A DNA stretch of 64,000 bases from Deltaproteobacteria bacterium (lineage in GTDB: Bacteria; Myxococcota_A; Polyangia; Polyangiales; Houyiibacteriaceae). Location of the stretch: positions 13,465-77,464 of the forward strand of contig JAXMNT010000039.1 of the NCBI GenBank assembly GCA_034670305.1, given 5' to 3'. The notes under the pieces are model-generated. The model was given only the letters and a program-made list of their open reading frames with translations. It was not told the DNA's origin and searched no databases. Positions 48,443-58,365 of the stretch are shown here, piece by piece. A program made the position numbers and the translations under genes. Every line of letters starts with the position of its first letter. Position 1 is the first letter of the stretch.

Positions 48443-49729
48443 TCAGCGGTTGGCGTGGGCGCCTAGGTCTTCGTAGGGGGAGCCGGGGGTGGGGACGAGG
48501 AAGTCGGGGGAGTCGGGGTCTGTGCTCACGAAGGTGATGGTGCCTTCGCGTTGCCAGGAGTTGTTCTCGTCGCTGCCGGTGCCGCCCCGCGGCCGGTCGT
48601 CGCCGGCGAGGTTGAACTGCATCACGGTGTCGTCGCCGCCGTAGAAGCCGCTGCCGTCGTTGTTCCAGCTCGTGTTGTAGAAGAACTCGACCGCGACGCC
48701 GCTGTTCTGGTCGAAGCCGGCGCCGCGGTTGTCGTAGGAGATCGAGTGTTCGACGGTGGTGCCGCGGCTCGGCGGCGCGCCGCCGGACTTGAAGCCTTGG
48801 CCGTTGCCGGACGCGATGCCGTTGCCGTGGGTGATGGAGTAGCCGACGTAGCTGTCGAGGGTGCGCCAAGTGTCGATGCCGTCGTCGGAGTTCGCGTAGA
48901 CGAGGCAGTTCTCGATCCGGTTCTCGATGCCGCTCGACATCGAGATGCCATCGGAGTTGCCACCGTCGGCGTACTCGGCGCCGTCGATGCCGGCGCCCGA
49001 GTTGTCGTGCACGAGGCAGTCCGTGATGAGGTTCCGGTTCGACGACGGCACGTCGTAGCTCTCGTGCACGTGGATGCCGGACAGCAGGTTGTGGTGCACG
49101 TGCAGCCCTTCGAGCACGTGGTCGCTGCTGCGGACCGAGAGCGCGGAGCGCGGCATGTTGCGGACTTCGAAGAGGCGGCAGTGGGTCGCGTCGCCGAGCA
49201 CGCGGATGTAGACGTCGGCGTGCGCTTCGTGCCGGCTGCCGTCGAGCACCGCGGTCTCGCCCGGGTAGCTCTCGAAGACGACCGGCGCCGGGTCCGTGCC
49301 GCGGCCGCGGAAGTAGAGGTTGCGATCGATGTCGTAGACGCCGCCGCGCATGAAGACGACGTCGCCCGCTTCGGCTTGGTCGGTCGCTTCCCACAGATCG
49401 CAGGGGGCGGCTTCGGTGCAGTCGGTGCCGGTTCCGTCCGGAGCCGCGAAGATCGTGCCGGCGCTCAGAGGCGTGGGGGTCACGGGCCGGGGGCCGATGG
49501 GGCGCACCGCGGGCCCGGCGTCTTCGCCCGCGTCGCTGCCTGCGTCGATGGCGGGGGCATCCGATCCGGGGGCGTCTGAGCCAGGCGCGTCCTGAGCAGG
49601 TGCGTCCAGGGCGGGTGCGTCCAATCCAGCCGCGTCGGGCGACGACGCGTCGAACGTTGCGTCGTCGTCCCCGCACGCATGGAGCGAACCCAAGAGTGCG
49701 CACAGAGCCAAAGTTCTCGTCGCCTTCAT
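48443..49729 (-). CDS. Right-handed beta-helix lipoprotein, PL9 pectate lyase-like
   Basis: [36 protein letters not shown]; lipobox LHACGDDD. Confidence 0.75.
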   Translation of the reverse strand: MKATRTLALCALLGSLHACGDDDATFDASSPDAAGLDAPALDAPAQDAPGSDAPGSDAPAIDAGSDAGEDAGPAVRPIGPRPVTPTPLSAGTIFAAPDGTGTDCTEAAPCDLWEATDQAEAGDVVFMRGGVYDIDRNLYFRGRGTDPAPVVFESYPGETAVLDGSRHEAHADVYIRVLGDATHCRLFEVRNMPRSALSVRSSDHVLEGLHVHHNLLSGIHVHESYDVPSSNRNLITDCLVHDNSGAGIDGAEYADGGNSDGISMSSGIENRIENCLVYANSDDGIDTWRTLDSYVGYSITHGNGIASGNGQGFKSGGAPPSRGTTVEHSISYDNRGAGFDQNSGVAVEFFYNTSWNNDGSGFYGGDDTVMQFNLAGDDRPRGGTGSDENNSWQREGTITFVSTDPDSPDFLVPTPGSPYEDLGAHANR

Positions 49730-49928
49730 GGGGGGACGTTATCAGGATGGCGGCGGGGCCTCCGCTCTCGGAATCGCACGGCGTCCGGTCCCTCACCTCA
49801 GCGGCATGCGCCGCTTGCCCATCAGGGGCGTGCATCCGGTTGTGGGTGCAGACCCAGCGCCTGCCAATGCCCAATGTCCGGTGATCTGGGGACATTCGTC
49901 AGGAGCGAAAAAGGCGTAGAATGGCGGA

Positions 49929-52900
49929 ATGCTTCGTTCGATTCTCCTGGCGCTCCTTGCACTCCCCCTGACGTCGGTCGCGCTCGCCCAAGTCTGTGGC
50001 GACGGCGACTACCAACCTTTCGCGATGACGATGCCGGAGCAGTGCGACGACGGCGATCTCGACGACGGCGATGGCTGCGACTCGATGTGCCAGATCGAAG
50101 ACGGCTGGTCGTGCAACAACCCGCCGGCGTTCCGGATCATCAACACCGAGTCGTACCCCGGGACCTCGGACGATCCCAACTGGGTCATCACGGGACGCAG
50201 CGCGACCGAGACGACGAACTCGGATCCATCGATCGGTCTGTTCGAAGCGGACGCCACGGCCATCACCTACGAGTTCGACGTGCGGGTGAACACCAACTCG
50301 GACGACGACTTCATCGGGTTCGTCTTCGGCTTCTTTCCGGGCGACACGACCAACCCGGCGGCCGACTACCTGCTGCTCGACTGGAAACAGGGGACTCAGA
50401 GCGGCGCGTCCGCAGGCATGAACTTGTGGCGGGTGCAGGGCATCCCCGACATGACCGGCGCCACCACCAACACCGATCTGTGGGACCACAACGGCGCGGT
50501 CTCTGCGGTGGCGAGCGCCGCGACGCGCGGCAGCACCGGCTGGGTCGACCAGGCCACCTACCGGTTCGCGATCTCGTACCAGCCCACGCGGCTCATCGTG
50601 ACGGTGACGAGGATCGTGGCGGGCATCCCGGTGCCCGGGTCGATGCAGGAAGAGTTCAACGTCACGCCGCCGGCCGGTGAGACCTTCCCGCTCGGTGAGA
50701 TCGGGTTCTACGCGTTCTCGCAGGAGAACGTGACCTTCACGATCATCGCGCCGCCGCCTTCGGACTGCGACCGCGATGCGGACGGCGACAGCGTCTTCGA
50801 TGTGGACGACGCGGATGCGGACGGCGACGGCGTGCCCGACCTGCTCGAGATGCCGGACTTCACCACCGACCCGGACCGCGACACGGACGACGACGGCGTG
50901 CCGGACTGGAACGACCCGGACCACAACCCGGCCGGGTGCCCGCCCACCCCGACGGTCCCGGCGCAGTGCCTGATCCTCCCGCCGGGTCAAGACGTCGATG
51001 GCGACGGAGTGCCGAACCACCTCGACCTCGACTCCGATGGCGACGGCATCCCGGACATCGTCGAGACCGGCAACGCGTCGCTCGCGGGGCCGGATGGACG
51101 GCTCGCGGACAACACCGACAGCGACCTCGATGGTCTGGCGGACTCGGTGGACGAAGCGCCCGCCGACAACAGCGTCGCCACCGTGGCGTTCACGCCGACC
51201 GACACCGACATGATGGCCGGGCCGGACTACCTGGACACGGACAGCGACGACGACGGGATCCCGGACTCGATCGAAGCGTTCGACACCGACGGCGACGGAG
51301 TGATCGCGGGCGGCGAAGCGACGCCGGTCGGCAACGACCACGACTTCGATGGCATCGACGACGCCTACGACAGCGACTGCGCGGGCATGCCGGCCGGTTG
51401 TATGGCGAATGGACAGTTCGTCGACCCGGCGCTGAACGCAGCGACCGACGCGGACGGCAACGGCACCCCGGACTGGCAGCAGCTGTGTCTGGATGCTTAC
51501 GTCACGGCGCCCGAAGCGTGCGACGACGGCAACACCGACGACAGCGACGCGTGTACCTCGATGTGTCTGCGCACCGACGGCGAGCCCTGCACGCTCGGCC
51601 CCCAGTGCGACAGCACCACGTGCAACCCGCTCAGCATGACCTGCGAGGGATGTGCGGACACGAGCACGGGCGGCATCGACGAAGGGTGTGCCGCTGGCGC
51701 GCCTGCGTGTGTGACCCCCGCCGCCGGGCGCGCGTTCTGCGGCGCGTGCGACGACGACCAAACGGGCGGAGCGATGGACGACGGATGTGTGGGCGCGGCG
51801 CCGCTCTGCGATCCCAGCTCCAACACCTGCGCGAGCTGCCTCGACGACAGCGCGACCATGGACTCCGGCTGCAGCGCCGGCGCACCGGTCTGCGACACCT
51901 CGGTCGGGCTCGGCGTCTGCGTCGCGTGCGAAGACACGAACGCCGGCACCGGTCCGGGCGACACGGACTTCGGCTGCGGCGCCGGCTCGCCGTACTGCGA
52001 CGACAGCGGTGCGGCGCCGGTCTGTGTCGAGTGTCTCGGCGCGGCCCAGTGCGAGGACGGGAACGACTGCACCCAGGATCTCTGTACGGCCGGCGCATGT
52101 GGCAACCCGGACGAGACGGCCGGCACGAGTTGCGGCACCGGCGACGCCTGCGACGGCGCCGGCACCTGTGTGGACTGCGTCGATGGCGGCGCGGGCACCG
52201 ACCCGGGCTGCAGCGGCGGCGCGCCGCTCTGCGACGTCAGTGGCGGTGGGCCGGGCGGCATGTGCGTGGAGTGCCTCGGCAACGACGACTGCGGCGTGGA
52301 TGAGTTCTGCACCCCGACGGGCGTCTGCGCGCCCGGCTGCGACGACGACACGGACTGCGACGGCGGCGAGGTCTGCCACGAAGACTCGATGACTTGTGTG
52401 GCCTGCGTGGACTCGATGACCGGCATGGGCGTCGACGATGGCTGCGCGGCCGGGACGCCGGTGTGCGTCGGGACCGGGGCAGGCACCGCGGGCACCGAGT
52501 GCGTCGAATGCACCGAAGACAGCCATTGCGATGGCGCGGTGTGCGATCTGGCGACCAACGAGTGCATGGTGTGTCTCGACACCGCGCCCGACGCCGGTAC
52601 GGACTCGGGTTGCATGGACGCGACGCCGGTCTGCGACACGAGCGGCGCCGATTCGGTCTGCGTCGAGTGTCTGCTCGATGCGCACTGCCCGGGGCTGCAG
52701 GTCTGTGACGCGCTCTCGACGTGCGGCTTCCCGGACACCGATGGCGACGGCGTCACCGACGACGTGGATCTCGACGACGACGGCGACGGAGTCATCGACT
52801 CCGAGGAGACCAGCGGCGTCGACCTCTCGATCGACGAAGACGGCGACGGCGTGCCCGGCTACGCAGACCCGGACGTGGTCGCGTGTGCCGACGTGGACGC

Positions 52901-55547
52901 GGATGGCATCTGTGATTCGTTGCCGACCGAAGTGGACCAGGACGGAGACGGACTGCCGAACCACTTGGACCTGGATGCCGATGGCGACGGACTCCCGGAC
53001 GCACGCGAAGCACACGACCTCGATCGCGACGGGGTGGCCGATGTGATCGCGTCTGGCATGGACGTCGACATGGACGGACTCGACGACGCATTCGATGCCG
53101 ACCAGGGCGGCACGACCGCGCCACTGCCCGACGCGGACGGCGACATGCAGTTCGACTTCCTCGACGTCGACAGCGACGACGACGGACTCTCGGACCGCCA
53201 GGAGACCTTCGACCTCGATGGCGACGGCGTGGAAGACGCGACGCCGACCGGCATGGACGCGGATGGAGACGGAATCGACGATGCGTTCGACGCCGACGCG
53301 GGCGGGGTCGTGGCGACCGCGCTCGACACCGACAGCGACGGCCTGGCCGACGCGCTGGACGTCGACTCGGACGGCGACGGATTGCGCGACGACCGCGAGT
53401 GTCCCGACCCGACGCGATGTTCCGACGTCGACATGGACGGGGTGGCGGACCACCGCGACCTCGACTCGGACGGCGACGGCATCCTCGACGCGATCGAAGG
53501 CATCGACCTGAACGCAGATGGCGTGGCCGATGTCACGCCCTCCGGCACCGACGCGGACCAGGATGGCCTGGACGATGCGTACGATCCGCTCGACCCGCTT
53601 CCCGACACCGACGGCGACGGCACCCCGGACTTCCGGGACACCGACGACGACGACGACGGCATCGCGAGTTTGTTCGAGTGCCCGGATCCGAGCGCCTGTC
53701 CGGACACGGACGCGGACGGCACCCCGGACTACTTGGACCCGGACAACGGTCCGGTGGACACCGACGGGGACGGCATCCCGGATCTCGTGGAATGCGATGG
53801 CGACACGGCGACCTGCCGCGACACGGACGGAGACGGAATGCCGGACCACATGGATCCGGACGACGACGACGACGGGGTTCCGACCGCGGTCGAGTGTCCG
53901 GGCGGACCGGCGGTCTGCGACGCGGACGGCGACGGCGTGCCGAACCACTGGGACCTCGACTCGGACGGCGACGGCATCCTCGACGCGGCCGAATGCGAGA
54001 GCGGCACCGAGTGCGTCGACACCGACCGGGACGGTTCGCCGGATTGGCTCGACCTCGACAGCGACGGGGACGGGATCGTCGACGCCATCGAAGGCCACGA
54101 CGCGGACATGGATGGCGTGAGCGATGTGATCCCGCTCGGGGTCGACAGCAACTCGGACGGCCTCGACGACGCGTACGATCCCGACTTGCTCGGCACCGCC
54201 GCAGCGCTTCAGGACACGGACTCCGACGGCACGCCCGACTGGCGGGACGCCGACGACGACGGCGACGGAATCGCGACCTCCCTCGAGTGTCCCGATCCTT
54301 CGTCGCCGTGCCCGGAGACCACCGCTGGCTTGCCGAACTACCTCGACCCGACGGTGGCACCGACCGACACGGACGGCGACGGACTGCCGGATGTGTTCGA
54401 GTGTCCGCCGCCCGGCACGCCGACCGACCGAGACTCGTGTCCGGACAGCGACGGAGACGGCAACCCCGACTTCGACGACCCCGACGACGACGGCGACGGC
54501 ATCCCGACGCGCGAAGAGAACTACGACGGCGACGGAGATCCGACGGACGAAGACAGCGACCGGGATGGCATTCCGGACTACCTGGATCCGGACGACGACG
54601 GCGACGGAATCCCGACCATGACGGAATGCCCGGACTTTGCGTCGGGCTGCCCGGACACCGACGGCGACGGGGTGCCCGACTACCTCGATGTGTGCGGCGA
54701 CGGAACGCGCACGAGCTTCGGCGGCGTGACCTCGTGGGAGGAATGCGACGACGGCAACGCGATCGACGGCGACGGCTGCGACATGAGCTGCCGGCTCGAG
54801 ACGCCGCGCGACGGCGACCTCGACATGGACGGCCTGCTGGACTCCTTCGAGTGCCCGCCGCCCGGACGACCTTCGGATCCGGCGAGCTGTCCGGACAGCG
54901 ACGGGGACGGCAACCCAGACTTCGACGACCCCGACGACGACGAAGACGGCGTGCCGACCCAGGACGAGCTCGGACCGGGCATGACGCCGCGGGACACCGA
55001 CATGGACGGAACCTCGGACCACCTGGACACCGACGACGACAACGACGGGGTGCTCACCGAGGTCGAAGTCGCCGGGTCGGCCGATGGCATCTACCCGGAC
55101 ACCGACATGGACGGAGTGCCGGACCATCTCGACACGGACGACGATGGCGATGGACTGCTCACGAGCGATGAGCTCGGCGACGGTGCGGAGCCGCGCGACT
55201 TCGACGGGGACGGCGAGCCGGACTGGCGAGACGCCGACGACGACAACGACGGCATCCCGACCGCGACCGAACGCCGGGACGGGCAGGCGCTCGAAGTGCC
55301 GAACGACGACGTGGACGGGGACGGGAGCCCGAACTGGCTCGACGTGGACGCCGACGGCGACGGAATCTTGGACATGGACGAGCGGACCGACGCGGATGGC
55401 AACGGCGTGCCGGACTACCTCGAGCCCAACGTGCCGAGCACGATCGGTGGCTACTCGGGCGGTTCGTGCTCGACCGGTGGCAACGCGGGTGCGCTTCCGT
55501 GGTTGCTCGGCCTCGGGGTGTTCCTGCTCCGGCGCCGCCGACGCTGA
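49929..55547 (+). CDS. Large Ca-binding surface protein: Cys-rich (DUF4215-like) repeats, TSP C-terminal-like domain, many TSP3-like repeats, MYXO-CTERM-type tail
   Basis: Signal peptide; EQCDDG..DGDGC; DDDFIGFVFG; dozens of DxDGDGxPDxxDxD; ends GGSCSTGG-hydrophobic-RRRRR. Confidence 0.88.
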   Translation: MLRSILLALLALPLTSVALAQVCGDGDYQPFAMTMPEQCDDGDLDDGDGCDSMCQIEDGWSCNNPPAFRIINTESYPGTSDDPNWVITGRSATETTNSDPSIGLFEADATAITYEFDVRVNTNSDDDFIGFVFGFFPGDTTNPAADYLLLDWKQGTQSGASAGMNLWRVQGIPDMTGATTNTDLWDHNGAVSAVASAATRGSTGWVDQATYRFAISYQPTRLIVTVTRIVAGIPVPGSMQEEFNVTPPAGETFPLGEIGFYAFSQENVTFTIIAPPPSDCDRDADGDSVFDVDDADADGDGVPDLLEMPDFTTDPDRDTDDDGVPDWNDPDHNPAGCPPTPTVPAQCLILPPGQDVDGDGVPNHLDLDSDGDGIPDIVETGNASLAGPDGRLADNTDSDLDGLADSVDEAPADNSVATVAFTPTDTDMMAGPDYLDTDSDDDGIPDSIEAFDTDGDGVIAGGEATPVGNDHDFDGIDDAYDSDCAGMPAGCMANGQFVDPALNAATDADGNGTPDWQQLCLDAYVTAPEACDDGNTDDSDACTSMCLRTDGEPCTLGPQCDSTTCNPLSMTCEGCADTSTGGIDEGCAAGAPACVTPAAGRAFCGACDDDQTGGAMDDGCVGAAPLCDPSSNTCASCLDDSATMDSGCSAGAPVCDTSVGLGVCVACEDTNAGTGPGDTDFGCGAGSPYCDDSGAAPVCVECLGAAQCEDGNDCTQDLCTAGACGNPDETAGTSCGTGDACDGAGTCVDCVDGGAGTDPGCSGGAPLCDVSGGGPGGMCVECLGNDDCGVDEFCTPTGVCAPGCDDDTDCDGGEVCHEDSMTCVACVDSMTGMGVDDGCAAGTPVCVGTGAGTAGTECVECTEDSHCDGAVCDLATNECMVCLDTAPDAGTDSGCMDATPVCDTSGADSVCVECLLDAHCPGLQVCDALSTCGFPDTDGDGVTDDVDLDDDGDGVIDSEETSGVDLSIDEDGDGVPGYADPDVVACADVDADGICDSLPTEVDQDGDGLPNHLDLDADGDGLPDAREAHDLDRDGVADVIASGMDVDMDGLDDAFDADQGGTTAPLPDADGDMQFDFLDVDSDDDGLSDRQETFDLDGDGVEDATPTGMDADGDGIDDAFDADAGGVVATALDTDSDGLADALDVDSDGDGLRDDRECPDPTRCSDVDMDGVADHRDLDSDGDGILDAIEGIDLNADGVADVTPSGTDADQDGLDDAYDPLDPLPDTDGDGTPDFRDTDDDDDGIASLFECPDPSACPDTDADGTPDYLDPDNGPVDTDGDGIPDLVECDGDTATCRDTDGDGMPDHMDPDDDDDGVPTAVECPGGPAVCDADGDGVPNHWDLDSDGDGILDAAECESGTECVDTDRDGSPDWLDLDSDGDGIVDAIEGHDADMDGVSDVIPLGVDSNSDGLDDAYDPDLLGTAAALQDTDSDGTPDWRDADDDGDGIATSLECPDPSSPCPETTAGLPNYLDPTVAPTDTDGDGLPDVFECPPPGTPTDRDSCPDSDGDGNPDFDDPDDDGDGIPTREENYDGDGDPTDEDSDRDGIPDYLDPDDDGDGIPTMTECPDFASGCPDTDGDGVPDYLDVCGDGTRTSFGGVTSWEECDDGNAIDGDGCDMSCRLETPRDGDLDMDGLLDSFECPPPGRPSDPASCPDSDGDGNPDFDDPDDDEDGVPTQDELGPGMTPRDTDMDGTSDHLDTDDDNDGVLTEVEVAGSADGIYPDTDMDGVPDHLDTDDDGDGLLTSDELGDGAEPRDFDGDGEPDWRDADDDNDGIPTATERRDGQALEVPNDDVDGDGSPNWLDVDADGDGILDMDERTDADGNGVPDYLEPNVPSTIGGYSGGSCSTGGNAGALPWLLGLGVFLLRRRRR

Positions 55548-55657
55548 ACAACGCACCGATAGATGAATGAGCGAGATGGCCCGGCGACGGGGCTTCTCTC
55601 TTTGGGCCGCAACCCGCGACACCGCGCACCGAGAAGCCCCCATTCAGGAGGTGCGCG

Positions 55658-56278
55658 ATGTCGGCATGGGCGATGGTAGAGAAGCAGACGCAGGCGTTCG
55701 AGACCCAATCGGAAGCAGCCGAACCGCTCGAACCGCTCGACTTCCTCGACAACGCTGACTGCGAAGCGCCCGCGACGGACCGCGAAGCCCGCGCCGAACT
55801 CGAAGCACTGGCGCGCGACGCCCATCCACTCGCGCACCGGCTCTCGGCGGAGAGCTTCTGGGTGCACCGGCTCTACCACCGGCGGGTGTGCGAGTTCGTG
55901 ATCGAAGAACACGAGCGACGCGGCGACTTCGAGCGGTGGGACGAGACCTTCACCGCGGTGAGTGAGCTCGTCACGTTCCTGTACGGTGTGCCCCATTGCC
56001 GACGCGATCGACCCGAGCCGAGCGACGCGGAAGCGGCCGCGCGCGTGCTCCGTGAGTGGCGCCGGTTCGATGTCCTCGAACACCTGATGCAAGCGGGTCG
56101 GGCCAGCTTCTTGCCGAACGACACCTACCTGCCCGCGTTCCTGTCGGTTTGGCGCGACTTCGTCGTGTTCCTTCAGACGAAGGGGCTCATCCCTGCTCTC
56201 GAAGCCGATCGCATCTTGGCCCAGTACGAACGGATCGAATCGATCGGCCTCGACACCTGGGCCAACCTCGCCGCCTAG
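55658..56278 (+). CDS. Hypothetical protein
   Basis: Strong RBS (caggaggt) before ATG; host-like codon use; no motif recognised. Confidence 0.65.
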   Translation: MSAWAMVEKQTQAFETQSEAAEPLEPLDFLDNADCEAPATDREARAELEALARDAHPLAHRLSAESFWVHRLYHRRVCEFVIEEHERRGDFERWDETFTAVSELVTFLYGVPHCRRDRPEPSDAEAAARVLREWRRFDVLEHLMQAGRASFLPNDTYLPAFLSVWRDFVVFLQTKGLIPALEADRILAQYERIESIGLDTWANLAA

Positions 56279-56373
56279 ACCGGGCCGCCTTTGGCGAGTG
56301 CGGTTTGGCGCCAGGGGCAAGGGGAAGGGGCCGCTACATCAAGACTGGGCCGCCTTTGGCGAGTGCGGTTTGG
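56277..56373. repeat. 32-bp direct repeat duplicating the GST gene 3' end
   Basis: 56277-56308 and 56342-56373 are 31/32 identical. Confidence 0.9.
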
Positions 56374-57002
56374 TAGGCCGGGCGGGCTTGGAGTCGGGCG
56401 AGGTAGGCGGTGAGGTTTGGCGCCTTCGACGCGTCGAACCCGCCGCGCTTCGAGAGCAGCGCTTCGATCGGGAAACTCATCTGGACGTCGGCACCGCTCA
56501 GCTCGTCGCCGGCCAAGAAGGGCCGGTCCTTCAGCTCGGATTCGAGAAACTCGACGTGGGCACGCAGCTCTGGCGTGGTGAACGCCGCGTCGATGTTCTT
56601 CGAGATGGCCTTGGCGATCGGCCGAACCAAGAAGGGCACGTCTTTGGTACGGAGCTGTCCCGTGATCAGACTGACCAAGAGCGGCGACATCAGCGACCCC
56701 TCCGCGTAGTGCAGGAAGTACCGGTAGCGCCGGTGGGCTTCGGTGCCGGGTTCGGGGCGCAGCCGCGGGTGATCGTCGAGCACCTCTTCGATGATGGCGC
56801 CGGACTCCGCGAGGGTGTGCCCCTTGTACTCCACCATCGGGAACCGGCCGCGGGGATGGATCGCACACGCACTCTTGGGCGAGCGCATCGTTTTCGGATC
56901 CCGGGCGTAGGTCTTCAGTTCGTACGCGAGCTCGAGCTCTTCGAAGAGCCAGAGCACGCGGTGGGAACGAGAGGTCTCGAGGTGGTGTACGACGATGGTC
57001 AT
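56334..57002 (-). CDS. Glutathione S-transferase family protein
   Basis: MTIVVHHLETSRSHRVLWLFEEL; HPRGRFP; LAESGAI; HYAEGSLM; SGADVQMSF. Confidence 0.92.
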   Translation of the reverse strand: MTIVVHHLETSRSHRVLWLFEELELAYELKTYARDPKTMRSPKSACAIHPRGRFPMVEYKGHTLAESGAIIEEVLDDHPRLRPEPGTEAHRRYRYFLHYAEGSLMSPLLVSLITGQLRTKDVPFLVRPIAKAISKNIDAAFTTPELRAHVEFLESELKDRPFLAGDELSGADVQMSFPIEALLSKRGGFDASKAPNLTAYLARLQARPAYQTALAKGGPVLM

Positions 57003-57099
57003 GCGCCGGACGTAGCAGCTTCGGGTGCGGGAGGCATTTCTCCTCGTGCGCAGGTGCGTCACACCCGCGAGGCCGAAGCGCGTGCGAGGTTCGCGGACC

Positions 57100-58365
57100 T
57101 CAGTCGACCGTGAGCGTGGTCCACATCGGGTAGTGGTCGCTCGTGTCCACGTCGCGCAGCACGGCGCCGCCGGTGGCGCTCAGGCCCCGCGCGAAGATGT
57201 AGTCGAGCCGCCGGCCCGAGTCGTGGGTCGAGTCGTCGTCGCCGAGCACCGCGAGGGTGTCCGTGAACCCATTGTCCTTGAGCACGACGAGCTCGGGCGC
57301 CCGCCGGAACCACGCGTTGAAGTCGCCCGCGACGACCTGGGGCCGGTCGCACGCCAGCGCTTGCGACGCATCGAGCAGTTCTTTCGATTGCACCGCGCGC
57401 AGCTCGCCGAAGATGTCGTTGCTCTCGAGGTGGACCGCCCAGACCCGGACTTGGGTGTCGCCGGCGGGGAGGTCCGCATGCAGTGCGACGCGCTGGCCGA
57501 GCCGCGGCTCCCCGTCGTCGGCGAACCAATCGTTCTGACGCGAGTGGCAGGTCAACGACGCGCCGGTGAGTGGGCGACGCGAGACGATCGCTTGGCCGGT
57601 GTCGCCACCGACGGTGCGATCGATGCTCAGCTCGACGAACTCGATGCCGTAGACGTACTGGCCTTCGATCCGGCGGGCGAGTTCGCGGGCCGCGCGGCGC
57701 ATGCCGTTGCGCGACGAGCATCGGTCGACTTCGCTCAAGAGGTAGACGTCCGCGTCGCGCAGATCCGGATGGGTGGTCAGGGTCTCGATCTGCGCATCGA
57801 GGTTGCGCGAGTACTCCATGTTCCAAGCGACGACTCGGAGCGTGCTCGGCCAGGTGTCCGGAAGATCGGCCGGCAGGAACGAGCCCGACTCCGAGACGGG
57901 GATCTCGAGCGGCAACGTGCGCGTGTCCTCGGGCGGCAAGCTCATGCCGGTGTCGGGGTCGACGCGGGTGGTGTCGCTCACGGTGGGACACACGAACCGC
58001 AGGTCCAGGTTCGGCCAGATGCCGGCCGGTTCGCCGGCCTCGTCCACGCACGCTTCTTCGGGCGGCTCGGCTTCGAGCGGCGTTGCGGTTGCAGCCACCT
58101 CGCCGCTGCAGGTCCAGTCGTACTCGTAGGCGGCGGCGTCGACGAAGACGGAGGGATCGCCGGGGTCGAGCCCGTCTTGGTTCGCGTCCACCGGCGGTGC
58201 ATCGACCCCGGCATCCGTGGGGGTGCTCGCATCGGCGCCTGCGTCCGTCGGGGCGTTGTCGTCGTCGCCGCACCCGAAGAGGAGGGCGAGCCCGAACGCG
58301 AACGCGATCGGGCACCGTGTCCGCTGCGTGTGCTCTGCGACCGCACGTCGAGGTGCGTGGGTCAC
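57100..58365 (-). CDS. EEP family lipoprotein
   Basis: LRVVAWNME; LLSEVD; VHLES; AGDFN; RLDYIF; SDHYP; lipobox LFGCGDDD. Confidence 0.85.
   Translation of the reverse strand: MTHAPRRAVAEHTQRTRCPIAFAFGLALLFGCGDDDNAPTDAGADASTPTDAGVDAPPVDANQDGLDPGDPSVFVDAAAYEYDWTCSGEVAATATPLEAEPPEEACVDEAGEPAGIWPNLDLRFVCPTVSDTTRVDPDTGMSLPPEDTRTLPLEIPVSESGSFLPADLPDTWPSTLRVVAWNMEYSRNLDAQIETLTTHPDLRDADVYLLSEVDRCSSRNGMRRAARELARRIEGQYVYGIEFVELSIDRTVGGDTGQAIVSRRPLTGASLTCHSRQNDWFADDGEPRLGQRVALHADLPAGDTQVRVWAVHLESNDIFGELRAVQSKELLDASQALACDRPQVVAGDFNAWFRRAPELVVLKDNGFTDTLAVLGDDDSTHDSGRRLDYIFARGLSATGGAVLRDVDTSDHYPMWTTLTVD

Noticed and set aside
49899-55643. 1914-aa minus-strand ORF
   Set aside because: Antisense shadow of the Asp-rich repeat gene; no motifs; expected in high-GC repetitive coding DNA.
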